Shown here piece after piece: positions 24,359-34,080 of a DNA stretch of 64,000 bases. Made by a program: the position numbers and the translations under genes. The stretch is from the NCBI GenBank assembly GCA_044892525.1, contig CM097886.1, positions 121,334,001 through 121,398,000 on the forward strand. The letters run 5' to 3'. Each line of letters starts with the position of its first letter. Positions within the stretch are counted from its first letter, which is position 1. This DNA comes from Schmidtea polychroa (Eukaryota). Below the pieces are notes generated by a model. That model worked only from the letters and a program-made list of their open reading frames with translations, did no database searches and was not told the origin of the DNA.

Positions 24359-24979
24359 TTACTGCGGTTGAGAATGGATATTATGGTAGGCTTGACGACT
24401 GGATGATGGTTGAGGAGATTCTTTGTTGGCTAATCTGGGTGGGCTTGTGGTTTGGATAGCATTGGCGAGTTCGACTGAGTTTTGTATGGGGGCTCTCGAT
24501 TTCGAGCTCTGACGATTTTTCTTAACTTCGAGGATTTTCAGGAGGGTTACGAGACATAGTAAGATAGTTTCTGCGATCACTACGTAGAGAAGGTAGTGGG
24601 TGTCGCTGTTATTAGAGGGGTTTTCTGCGGTCTCTGCAGGGTTTTCGAACATTTCTTGTTGCACTTGTTGTTCCAGCTGATCGAAGTGTTGGATTTGTTC
24701 GAGTATTTTCTTGTCTATCATTCGGCATATAGGACTATTCTGGCATAGACTTCTGATATTATTAACATATGACCGAGCCGATTGGATATTATGGAGGAGG
24801 TTGGTTTTTATTGTACTGGGGTATTTGCATTGGCAAGGGTCTGATTTGGCTTTTTGATTCCGATTGCGGTGGTCTCGTATGCTTGTTGGTTGGGCATTTA
24901 ATGGTTGTTTCTCCATCAGGTGATTTATCAATACCATTACTGTTATTGTCATACCATACCACATTGTACTAATATACAT
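24359..24979 (-). CDS. Small putative type-I membrane protein (cargo ORF)
   Basis: N-terminal hydrophobic segment, CQC...C...C, TM YLLYVVIAETILLCLVTLL, basic/Ser-Pro tail; AATAAA downstream near 24215. Confidence 0.6.
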   Translation of the reverse strand: MYISTMWYGMTITVMVLINHLMEKQPLNAQPTSIRDHRNRNQKAKSDPCQCKYPSTIKTNLLHNIQSARSYVNNIRSLCQNSPICRMIDKKILEQIQHFDQLEQQVQQEMFENPAETAENPSNNSDTHYLLYVVIAETILLCLVTLLKILEVKKNRQSSKSRAPIQNSVELANAIQTTSPPRLANKESPQPSSSRQAYHNIHSQPQ

Positions 24980-25018
24980 TTATTATTATTATATTATTTA
25001 CACTGGCTTTAATGGCTT

Positions 25019-25729
25019 TTAGTTAAACGGTTCTGCTTTGGGATTATTTTCGGCGGTTCTCATCAGGGTAGACTCCGCTTTAATGACCCTGTGTCTCAAC
25101 TCGGGCAGCATTTCCAATTGTCTGTCCTTTTCACGGGCCTCCCTTTTCATGTGTCTTATCTCCTTTTCCAATCTTCTAATTTCTTCCCGTTTTTTATCGA
25201 GATTCTTTTTTAGTTCGATTTGTAGGAAATCTTGTTCGTTTTCTTGCGAAAGGTTTCGTTGTTGTTGTTGTTGCTTTTTCTCGATCTCTTGGTATTTGCG
25301 AATCCATTTCTTCATTTCCTCACTTTCTCGTTGTTTTTCCTCCAATTGTCGATTTAATTTATTTATGGTTATTTGGCGTTCTTTCGCTTCTGTTTTCCAG
25401 TAGTCTTGGATTACTTCTTCTGCTTTGAAGCTTGCCCTCTCTTGCCATAATTCCTCTGCAATCTTTTCCCAATTTCTCCCTCGCTTTCGTTGTTCCTGTA
25501 ACCATTCATTCTCCCCCTCAACTTCTTTCTTTACTTCTCCCAATACTTTGCATTCTTTCTTTAGTATTTTTATTATTTTTCGGTCTTCTATGTATTTGTT
25601 TATTAATCTCCCATTTTCCCGTTTCTCTTCTCGTAGCTTTTCCTTTAATATTTGCGTTTCTATAGTTTCCACTTCAATCTCTCCTTCTTCCAGTTCATTC
25701 GTGAGTTCTATTATTTCTTCAATCTTCAT
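25019..25729 (-). CDS. Coiled-coil protein (cargo ORF, 236 aa)
   Basis: E/K/R/Q-rich heptads throughout; ATG start. Confidence 0.7.
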   Translation of the reverse strand: MKIEEIIELTNELEEGEIEVETIETQILKEKLREEKRENGRLINKYIEDRKIIKILKKECKVLGEVKKEVEGENEWLQEQRKRGRNWEKIAEELWQERASFKAEEVIQDYWKTEAKERQITINKLNRQLEEKQRESEEMKKWIRKYQEIEKKQQQQQRNLSQENEQDFLQIELKKNLDKKREEIRRLEKEIRHMKREAREKDRQLEMLPELRHRVIKAESTLMRTAENNPKAEPFN

Positions 25730-25897
25730 GTCTATAATATTTATAATTAATCATGCGCTACAATGCGGCTTATACTTATACATTTATATCATTTTTATTT
25801 ACACAGGGTTACAGTACCTCAATTTTATACTATTAATTTTTTTGTTGGGATACAGTTCCCATTTTTTTTTTTTTATATTTTTGTTTTTTGACTTGGA

Positions 25898-26857
25898 CTA
25901 CACAAATGACTCTTCCTGACCCCAGTATCCCTCGTCGCTTTCTACTGCTAGGTTCAGGTGGATTGCTATAGGATCGTGTGGTGTATAATGGTGGGTTAGT
26001 TGAGCCCTTAGCTCGTATACCTCATCTCTTAGAGCTCGAGTGATATTCAGCTCCTCATCGAGTAGGTAGGTGAGGTATCTCGTCTCATCGTCTTTTGCCT
26101 CTAATTGCTTGCCTAACTCTTTAATCTTTTCATCGCCCTTCCACTTTTCAATCTCTATCTCCAGATTTTTGAGATTTTCATTATACATTTTTCTTTCATT
26201 TTCCAGCTTTCTATTTTTCCCTGTCAGCACCATGTTTCGCTGTTCCAGGGCCCCTTGGTATCCATTGACATCTCGTTCTAGCTCGGCGACTTTATTTACT
26301 AATTCTACTACTCGTCCCGATTGCTGAACTATCATTTCTTCCATTGCTGCATTCTCGTGCTCTTTTATGGAGATTTTCATGGCTAAGTGTCTTTCAAATC
26401 CCATGGCTTTGGTCTGCCATGTTTGGCTTCGGGCCGCTATCTTCCTTAGCCGCTTTAGTTCTTCTTTTATGACTAGATTCTCTTCCCATTTGCCTTGTTC
26501 GCTCTCATATTCTAATCTCATAGGCAATTCCTTCATTTCCTTCTTTATCTCTCTGCTCTGTCGCTTCCATTTCCTGGCTTCTGCCAATAGGTGATTCATT
26601 TTCCTTCCTTCCTTTTGTTTTTCTGCTTCTCGTTTTGTGTTCTCGTCAGTCAATCGTTTTCGTGCCTCTTGCACTAATTGTTTTCGGTAGTGACTGTGTG
26701 CTTCCTGGCGTGTGTTTTCTAGCGACGCCCACTTGGAGGCTCTTTTACATGCTTCTGCTTCGATTCTTAAGTTGTTCACTAGCCATCGATATCTACTACT
26801 CTCGTCTTCTCTGGCTTCTTCGATGTGATTGCGGGTTAGGTTGGTCAATTGGAACAT
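25898..26857 (-). CDS. Coiled-coil protein (cargo ORF, 319 aa)
   Basis: Long heptad-rich ORF; AATAAA at 25794-25799 (minus). Confidence 0.7.
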   Translation of the reverse strand: MFQLTNLTRNHIEEAREDESSRYRWLVNNLRIEAEACKRASKWASLENTRQEAHSHYRKQLVQEARKRLTDENTKREAEKQKEGRKMNHLLAEARKWKRQSREIKKEMKELPMRLEYESEQGKWEENLVIKEELKRLRKIAARSQTWQTKAMGFERHLAMKISIKEHENAAMEEMIVQQSGRVVELVNKVAELERDVNGYQGALEQRNMVLTGKNRKLENERKMYNENLKNLEIEIEKWKGDEKIKELGKQLEAKDDETRYLTYLLDEELNITRALRDEVYELRAQLTHHYTPHDPIAIHLNLAVESDEGYWGQEESFV

Positions 26858-27146
26858 TACTTTGTTCCATCTTTTGCTATACTCCTGGAGAATTTGTGTC
26901 CTGGTTGTATTACTTGGGGTCGTCGTATTTTCCGTTGTTTTCTCTTATGTCATCTCTAAATTATATATTCTGATTAAATATCATCGCAGTATTAGATTTT
27001 ATTATTCAGTTGATGTTTTTCCTGGATTTTTCGCTTTAGTTTTGGGTTGTTGTATTTGCGGATCCCATACTACTATTATATACTATTTTATAGGTTATAT
27101 ACACCGATATATACAGATTTATTATATACAACGTTATTCGCACTGG

Positions 27147-28553
27147 CTACTCGGTTCTGCTCTTTCCCTCCTTCCTCACTGTCATCTTGATATATACGGT
27201 ATCATTTCTCGCCATATCCTCTATCTTTTGTTGTAAAATGAATGTAGGTGCTCCTGTTGCTGCTCCTTCTTCTTCAAGGGGTCTTTGGTTGGCTAGTTGA
27301 TTTCCCGTGGTCTTGAAACTTTGTTCGTGGATACTTTGGTCATTCATTATTGGGATATCGATTTTTGCCTGGAACGGCCATTCTATTATTTCGTCGTGCT
27401 CCCCTTTACATACTAAGAAGAAGATCGAAAAGTGTGTATCCAACCCGGTTCCATCTCCGTTAGGATATATCTTCATTTTCATTTTGTATCCGTTCTTCCA
27501 TGAGAGGAATGCGGGACTGGTTATTCTGGTATCTTCTCCGATTTTTGCTCTTCGTATCTTTTCTTTCACTCCCGTAATTTTCCATATGTAAGGTGCGGTT
27601 GGTAGTATTTCGTTGAGATTTATCTCGGTTATTTTTTGATGTAGCACCTTGGCTTGCTCATTACTGATTTCCATTCGATTAATTTGCATTTTTATGTTTG
27701 CTCGAGCTTGTTCGAAAGCCTCTTTTTCTTCTAGTAGTTCTTTTACTAATGCCTTCAGTGAGGTTATTTCTATCTCCATTTGTTGCACTTTCTCTTCACT
27801 TTCTTGTAACGCAGTTGACCACATCTCTGCGTGAGTTATTACATTTTCTGTTAAGTGGTGTGGCAAGTCTCCTCGGTGCAGTAATTTCTGACATCCCCAT
27901 TTGCCTAGTACACATATCATTCTTTTCCTTTCGCATTCTTTTAGATGCTGGGCTATTTTTATTATTCCCCCTTTGTTGCATTCGTTCGGGCATTCACCAC
28001 AGAATTCTGCACATACCTTTTCCTCCTGGATATTGTGATGTTTGATGGTGAGATTTTTCCAAGTGTCTATTTCTCCGCAATATTCACATCTTTCCAACCT
28101 TTCCTCGCACTGGCTTTGATGTTCCTTTTCTTCGTTAGCTTGAATTAATTTCTGGCATCGCTCACACTGGCTGACTTTGTACATACATTCCCCCAGATGT
28201 TGTTTCACTTTCCATATTGATCCTTTCCATTCACATGGGGTATTTTTACATCCTAGATTAGTGTTCAACATGTCCTTTACTGCGGCTTTATCTTCATTAG
28301 TATCTTCTAAACTGGATATCAGTGTCTCTTTACATATCGGACACCACTGTGGTCGGTTTTTTATTGTTTCTTTTATACATTCTTTGCACACTCTGCATCC
28401 GCATTGGGTTTGATGGGGTTCCTTTAATAGCTTTTCACATATTCCACACGTGACATGTTTGTGTATTCTGATTGCTGCGGAATTTCTGACTAACTCGATA
28501 ATTTCGTTAAACTCCTCTCTTCGTTGCTTATCCATGTCTACAATTATATACAT
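27147..28553 (-). CDS. Intronless full-length TRAF-family protein carried by the retroelement
   Basis: RING CGIC...QCGCRVC...CPIC; several TRAF zinc fingers; coiled coil; MATH YIWKI...NGYKM..KIYPNGDG...THFSIFF...IEWPF. Confidence 0.92.
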   Translation of the reverse strand: MYIIVDMDKQRREEFNEIIELVRNSAAIRIHKHVTCGICEKLLKEPHQTQCGCRVCKECIKETIKNRPQWCPICKETLISSLEDTNEDKAAVKDMLNTNLGCKNTPCEWKGSIWKVKQHLGECMYKVSQCERCQKLIQANEEKEHQSQCEERLERCEYCGEIDTWKNLTIKHHNIQEEKVCAEFCGECPNECNKGGIIKIAQHLKECERKRMICVLGKWGCQKLLHRGDLPHHLTENVITHAEMWSTALQESEEKVQQMEIEITSLKALVKELLEEKEAFEQARANIKMQINRMEISNEQAKVLHQKITEINLNEILPTAPYIWKITGVKEKIRRAKIGEDTRITSPAFLSWKNGYKMKMKIYPNGDGTGLDTHFSIFFLVCKGEHDEIIEWPFQAKIDIPIMNDQSIHEQSFKTTGNQLANQRPLEEEGAATGAPTFILQQKIEDMARNDTVYIKMTVRKEGKSRTE

Positions 28554-28618
28554 ATAGTTCTTATCGATACAGGTTCGATATTTTATTTACAATTATTTAC
28601 ATCTAATTTAGGTTTCGT

Positions 28619-28978
28619 TTATGGTTCAGAAGAGTCGGCCTCCTGTCCGCCCTCTTCTCTGTTCATTAACCATTCTGACCAATCTTCCATTTCTTCGTAT
28701 TCTGCTTCTTCCGCCATTCCCACTAACTCTTCCTCCTGTCTCTGGCTGTATCTTGTTATCCGCTCTATTTCTCTTTGCATCTGTTCGATTATTGCCCTCT
28801 GATCCTCAATTATTTTTAAATAGCTAAATCCCTTGTTTAGACTATCAATTAGGTTTCTTTGCATTGTAAGTCCTTGCTCTTGTAGGTTAGATACTATTTG
28901 TGCTAGTCCCGCGCATTGTTGCTTCCACATGTCTTCGGTTGTTGTATTGCGATTTATTTCGTTATTTCTTTGCTCCAT
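28619..28978 (-). CDS. Small coiled-coil protein with acidic tail (cargo ORF, 119 aa)
   Basis: ATG ORF; TATATAAG upstream near 29065-29072; AATAAA at 28582-28587. Confidence 0.55.
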   Translation of the reverse strand: MEQRNNEINRNTTTEDMWKQQCAGLAQIVSNLQEQGLTMQRNLIDSLNKGFSYLKIIEDQRAIIEQMQREIERITRYSQRQEEELVGMAEEAEYEEMEDWSEWLMNREEGGQEADSSEP

Positions 28979-29139
28979 TCTTAATTTTTATACATTCTCA
29001 ACTTGGTTTTGTTTAATTTTATATGGTTTATTCTCCCAATCTTTATATACTAATAATACCGCGCTTATATAAAAATATGATACTGTTATATACATAAGAT
29101 ATACTTACTTTTTACAATTATATACAGTCATAACCCCTT

Positions 29140-30702
29140 TTATATTTGTGGATTTGGAGGGCACTGCATATTCCAGGCCTCCATCCACCGTTCTTGGCTC
29201 ATTTTACTGGGCCTTTTTACTTGTTGTTGAAGATTTCTGGCTCTGATCATTTCGAGTTTGTTACGCTGTTGTTTATCTCGGATTATTTTTATCGTTCCCC
29301 CCGTTATAGTTATGAACGCTCCGGTTATTATTATTCCGCTGATCCATATCATCTGCTTTACGCTGATGATCTCTGGGTTTTCATTGTTTATCACTGTACT
29401 CGTTGTTTCCGCATTTCTTTCTTTCTCTGTTTGGCTTTTCCCTTTCTCCAGCCCTCGTATTCTTGTTATTTCCTCATTGATCCCTTCTTTTGCCATTTTT
29501 TGTATTTTTTCCATTTCCTCTTCTGATACGTAATTATCTTGGTTTTTCTCATCGGTCTTCTGGCGTTTTCCTTCCTCGTCTTCTCCGTCATTGATCTTTC
29601 TTTTCTTTCCCCTTTTCCCAGGATATCGTCGGCATTCCTTTTCTGGTCTTTTTCTCACGATACAGACCGTGTATTCCTTTGGCGGTTGTTGTTGTGTTAC
29701 GTATTGTAAACAGTCTTCGCCTGGTCCTAGCCTTGAAATACATACTTTGTGTTCTTTCCTTGGTTGGAGTTGTGTTATCACTACTTCACCTCCTTTACCT
29801 AGGTGCACCTCTTTCCATTTAACTTTCGTTATTCTCTTCCCGTTTCGGTGTTGGTATGCTTCTTGTATTCCCACTTCCGTTATCGGTTCTGTGTCCTCGT
29901 TCATCAACACTAATCTCCGATATGCTCTAGACATGCATCTCCCCAGTATACACCTTTCCTTTAAATCCCACTCCTCCTTCAGGTCCCATTGTTGCTCTTG
30001 CCCTTGCTTTTTCTTTTTTTGCTTTAGCTCCTCCTCTTTGTTGTCGTGGTTCTCCGCTTCTTTAGTCTCTTTTAACGTTCTCGTCTCTCCATGGGCTGTT
30101 ACTAACTCTATCATGGTTAGGACAATTATCATTAGTATCATATTTGTTTCTATTTCTTTGTTGGTGAAAGGTAGGCATACCCTCTGTTTTCCATTATTCG
30201 GTTTTTCCTCCTCTTTCATCTTGTTTCCCGGGTTGTTTCCGTCCTTTCCCGTACCTGGGTCTTTGTTTTCCGGGTTATTCTCTTCCGGTTTTCTTTTCTC
30301 TTTATCCTCTTTTCGACCCTTTCCGTCATTATCATCGAATTTATCTCCCCCACTGTCGTTTAAAATGTCGTCCTCGACATTTATATCGTTTAATAATCTT
30401 CGGTATGCTGTTAGTACTCTGTTTCTTGCTAGTTTAGCCTCGAATTCGAACTCTTTTCTCCCGGTTGCTGCGTGTCTTTTCCGGTTCCATTCCTTTACTA
30501 GTTCTCTCAGTTGGATACGGCGGTGTTTTCCAATTCGTTGTTGTTCGTTTTGGTTTTTCGTGAATCTCAGGTCTTCTCTATTCAATACAATTAGTATGAT
30601 TTTAGGTGTCCCCCCTTTAGTTAATGTATTTTTGATCATTGCGTTTTCACCGTTCTCATAAAATTCGTTTACGTTAATCGCGTATTTATTACTTTGCGGC
30701 AC
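29140..30702 (-). CDS. Terminal polyprotein segment: ankyrin-like start, internal signal-like segment, FN3-like motif, TM helix
   Basis: In frame with the upstream ORF across a single TAG; MILMIIVLTMIELVTAHG; ITQLQPRKEHKVCI; MIWISGIIITGAFITITGG. Confidence 0.65.
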   Translation of the reverse strand: MPQSNKYAINVNEFYENGENAMIKNTLTKGGTPKIILIVLNREDLRFTKNQNEQQRIGKHRRIQLRELVKEWNRKRHAATGRKEFEFEAKLARNRVLTAYRRLLNDINVEDDILNDSGGDKFDDNDGKGRKEDKEKRKPEENNPENKDPGTGKDGNNPGNKMKEEEKPNNGKQRVCLPFTNKEIETNMILMIIVLTMIELVTAHGETRTLKETKEAENHDNKEEELKQKKKKQGQEQQWDLKEEWDLKERCILGRCMSRAYRRLVLMNEDTEPITEVGIQEAYQHRNGKRITKVKWKEVHLGKGGEVVITQLQPRKEHKVCISRLGPGEDCLQYVTQQQPPKEYTVCIVRKRPEKECRRYPGKRGKKRKINDGEDEEGKRQKTDEKNQDNYVSEEEMEKIQKMAKEGINEEITRIRGLEKGKSQTEKERNAETTSTVINNENPEIISVKQMIWISGIIITGAFITITGGTIKIIRDKQQRNKLEMIRARNLQQQVKRPSKMSQERWMEAWNMQCPPNPQI

Positions 30703-30705
30703 TCT

Positions 30706-31257
30706 CTATGTTAATAATAATTTCATGGCTTCTAGATTTTCCCGTACCGTATTCCACTGAAAATGAGATGTGTTTTTGCAAATATTTTCAACTTCTTCCT
30801 TTGTCGCATTTTTGCATATGAACCTGATCATTTCTAGGTTCGGCTGTATGGTTGCCCAGTCCATTGTGGAGTTTCCTTCGGTTGACTTTTCATCTAGTCT
30901 TGATCCTGATTGATGTAGTATATGGAGTGTTTTTGGGTGTATTTTCGTTATAGCTGCATACATCATGGCGGTTTCGCCTTGTTCGTTTTTCGTGTTGGTT
31001 TCCTCGCCCAAATCTCTGAGGATTCTTATTATCGTTATTGCTCGGTTTTCCTTTGCTGCTAATATTGTTTGATCCCTTGCGTATGTGTGTACGGTCTTTA
31101 TTTTTTTAGCCAATATCATTTCGTCTGATAACTCTAGCATTTCCTCAAAGAATACTTCTTTCGCTTTGCGTATTATTGTTTCTTGATCTAAATTTCTTGG
31201 TTTCGTTTTGATGACGTTATTCGCTGCAATTTGATTCGTTTGCGACTTCGGTTCTTT
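30706..31257 (-). CDS. Ankyrin-repeat segment, in-frame continuation of pol after a single TGA
   Basis: EQGETAMMYAA, TEGNSTMDWAT; 39 open codons link the TGA at 31258-31260 to the ATG at 31140. Confidence 0.75.
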   Translation of the reverse strand, partial: KEPKSQTNQIAANNVIKTKPRNLDQETIIRKAKEVFFEEMLELSDEMILAKKIKTVHTYARDQTILAAKENRAITIIRILRDLGEETNTKNEQGETAMMYAAITKIHPKTLHILHQSGSRLDEKSTEGNSTMDWATIQPNLEMIRFICKNATKEEVENICKNTSHFQWNTVRENLEAMKLLLT

Positions 31258-34080
31258 TCACACCCCTTTCTTTATTCTTGTTTTCTTTCCGGTTGAATTA
31301 TTGATTCGTTCTTCTGCTGTAAGTACTTGAATAATATCTAAGTAATTCTCGCGAATGTTGTTCATTGTGTCCATCATATATAATACACTTACCGTTTCCC
31401 AATATTTATTTCGTGCTTGGTTAATGAATTGGAATATTGATTTTTCGAATGTGTCAATTCGCTTTTTTAATAACTGCTCATCTTTATGATTTGTGAATTC
31501 TATCCCTCGTTCTATCAATTGTTTTGGGATTTCGAATAAATGATGCCCTTTCATGGCTTCTCTCATAAGCGTGTTTTCTCCTCTCGTGAATGCTTCGTTT
31601 ACGTTGATCATGTAGTCATTTTTGATTGGATTTCTCCATGTAATTAATATTCCGGTAATTGTTGTCAGTTTTTCTTTGATTGCTGTTAATAGGCCGTCAT
31701 GCATGTTTCCGACTTCTCGATTATCCTCATATGCTAGTAGTTCCATCAACGTCGTAAATGCTTCGGAACTTTTCCCTTCAATTGCATGATGCAGTGCGTT
31801 TTTCTGATTTCGATCTTGTGTGGTTATCTTTGATCCGGTGTCAAGTAATGCGATTATAATGTCTTTTGTTTTGCCTCTGTTCGCCGCTATCATTAATGGT
31901 GTGTAACCTTGGTTGTTTTCTTGTTCTGTTGATCTCTTGCAGTCGTGAAATGCTTCTATTGTTTCTAGTATTTGTTCGTTGTTACCTACTTTCATGAGTT
32001 TATGTAATGGTGTGTCTCCATAATGATCTGTTATGGTAAATAATATTGGCCATTGACTTTTAACTACTCGTAGCAACGGATGTGTCCTCTCTCTGTTTGC
32101 ATAGTTTTCGATCATAGTCAGTAGACCTCCTAATATTTCGAAGTCTAGTCTATCTTTCGCCCATCCGGGTATTTTAATTTTTACCTCTTTTACGATCTTT
32201 TCAGCTTCCGATGGTTGGATACCTAATCGTCCAGTCGTTGGTTCTGCGAGTTGCTGCATCATGTTCATTCTGTAGGTTTGCGAACGTGTAGTTAACGTAC
32301 GGCCTTCTGGTTGACTGGTGGCTGTTTTTGGGATTGGTTTACATCGTGCCACATTTACGTATATTGGCCTGGTGAACGGGTTATTTACCAATTTTACTCT
32401 TACGTTCGTTTCTCCCACAAATAAGATCTCATATGGTCCCTTTCCGTTCCGTCGCAACTTTTTAGTGGTTCCTGGAATCAGTTCTGGTGTTTCTATCATT
32501 ACCCAATCACCTGTTTGAAAAGTATGTTGCTTCACGTTTTTCTTTCGATCGTGCAATTCTTTATAACTTTCCTGGTAGAACTTGATGTTTAATCCCGCAG
32601 TTTCCCAAATTTCCTGCATTCTTTCCTTGAATTTTGTGACATAATCGTCTATCTCCATATATTGCGATATTGGTGGTTGATATTCTAGGTCCATTGGCAT
32701 GTTACATTCTCTTCCGTACATTAATTTAAATGGGCTCATTTTCGTTGATGCATGAATTGACATTCTATAAGCCATAAGGCATAGGTTTATATATTCGTCC
32801 CAATCTCGTTGGTGACGGTCGACGTAATTTGACAACATTTGGATAAGTGTTCCGTTAAATCTTTCTGTCATCCCGTTGGTTTGAGGGTGATACGGTGATG
32901 TTCTCAACTTTGCGATTTTGAAGTAATTGGTTACCTCGCTCATGATCTCACTCATGAAATTTGTGCCTTGATCCGTTAGTATTTGCTTCGGCGTTCCATA
33001 TCGGCAACATATGTCTTCTACTAAGATTTTCGCGATTGTTTTAGCTTTTTGATCTGGTATAGCGAATGCCTCTGGGAATTTTGTGAGGTAATCCGTAATT
33101 ACCAAAATATAAATATTTCCTTTATCCGATTCGGGTAATGGACCAACTACGTCCATTGATATCATTGTCATTGGTTCTATTGGTACCGGCATTGGCGTTA
33201 AAGGTGCTTTCCATTTCGATCCAGTGTTTTTCCTTGTTGCACAGGTTAGGCAATTTTTCACCCATTCCGTTACGTCTTCTGTTAGGGTGGGCCAGAAACA
33301 TTTCTGTTTCATTCTCGCTAACGTCTTTTTTGATGACATGTGTCCTCCCAATCTTCCGTCGTGATATTGCGTTAGTAGCTCTTTTCGTCTGTTTTCCGGT
33401 ATGCACATTAATCGCTTTTCTCCATCCATTATTAGTAACCAATCTTTCTCGATAATGTATCGGTGTCGATGTTTATCCATATGTTCTTTTAATTTTTGGT
33501 CTTTCCCATACACTTCGGTTTTTCCGGTTTTTACATAATCGATAATCTGTTTCAGTTCTGGGTCTTCTTGTTGGTCCTTTCGCAGTTGGCAAAAATCCAA
33601 ATCTTCCGCTACTATTAAGCATATGCGTTGCATTTCTGAATCTACCAAATCTGGAAAAATAGACCTCGACATACAATCGGCGTTGGCGTTTGCTCTTCCT
33701 GCTTTGAATTTTATAAATGGAGAGTATTCTTGCAATTGCATGGCCCATCTCATTAGTCTACTTGACGCTTCTTTATGTTGCCCTAACCACACCAATGGTT
33801 GATGATCTGTGGTTATGCATATCTCATGTCCCCATAGTAAATATCGGAAGTGTTTGATGGCTTGTATTATGGCCAGTGCTTCTCTTTCGGTTACCGAATA
33901 GTTTTTCTCATGCTTTTTGAACGTTCGACTGTAATATCCGATGACTCTCTCTTTTCCTTCGTCATCCAGTTGCCCTAAAATCGCTCCTGCTGCATATCCG
34001 CTTGCGTCCGTTGCCGATAGAAATGGCTTCTTAAAATCTGGGTGTACGAGGATTGGTGCTTCAATCAATTTATCTCTCAA
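31258..34080 (-). CDS. pol: Pol 3' part: RNase H, integrase (HHCC, DDE, GPY/F) and ankyrin repeats
   Basis: ATDASG, TDHQPL, YHD...GH...CLTC, SMDVVGP, TDQGTNF, ERFNGTL, GKGPYEI, then GDTPLH, GYTPLMIAA, KNALHHAI. Confidence 0.95.
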   Translation of the reverse strand: MRDKLIEAPILVHPDFKKPFLSATDASGYAAGAILGQLDDEGKERVIGYYSRTFKKHEKNYSVTEREALAIIQAIKHFRYLLWGHEICITTDHQPLVWLGQHKEASSRLMRWAMQLQEYSPFIKFKAGRANANADCMSRSIFPDLVDSEMQRICLIVAEDLDFCQLRKDQQEDPELKQIIDYVKTGKTEVYGKDQKLKEHMDKHRHRYIIEKDWLLIMDGEKRLMCIPENRRKELLTQYHDGRLGGHMSSKKTLARMKQKCFWPTLTEDVTEWVKNCLTCATRKNTGSKWKAPLTPMPVPIEPMTMISMDVVGPLPESDKGNIYILVITDYLTKFPEAFAIPDQKAKTIAKILVEDICCRYGTPKQILTDQGTNFMSEIMSEVTNYFKIAKLRTSPYHPQTNGMTERFNGTLIQMLSNYVDRHQRDWDEYINLCLMAYRMSIHASTKMSPFKLMYGRECNMPMDLEYQPPISQYMEIDDYVTKFKERMQEIWETAGLNIKFYQESYKELHDRKKNVKQHTFQTGDWVMIETPELIPGTTKKLRRNGKGPYEILFVGETNVRVKLVNNPFTRPIYVNVARCKPIPKTATSQPEGRTLTTRSQTYRMNMMQQLAEPTTGRLGIQPSEAEKIVKEVKIKIPGWAKDRLDFEILGGLLTMIENYANRERTHPLLRVVKSQWPILFTITDHYGDTPLHKLMKVGNNEQILETIEAFHDCKRSTEQENNQGYTPLMIAANRGKTKDIIIALLDTGSKITTQDRNQKNALHHAIEGKSSEAFTTLMELLAYEDNREVGNMHDGLLTAIKEKLTTITGILITWRNPIKNDYMINVNEAFTRGENTLMREAMKGHHLFEIPKQLIERGIEFTNHKDEQLLKKRIDTFEKSIFQFINQARNKYWETVSVLYMMDTMNNIRENYLDIIQVLTAEERINNSTGKKTRIKKGV

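Noticed and set aside
29591-30661. 356-aa Phe/Ser-rich plus-strand ORF and the many similar plus-strand ORFs from 25 to 43 kb
   Set aside because: Antisense shadows of purine-rich minus-strand coding sequence.
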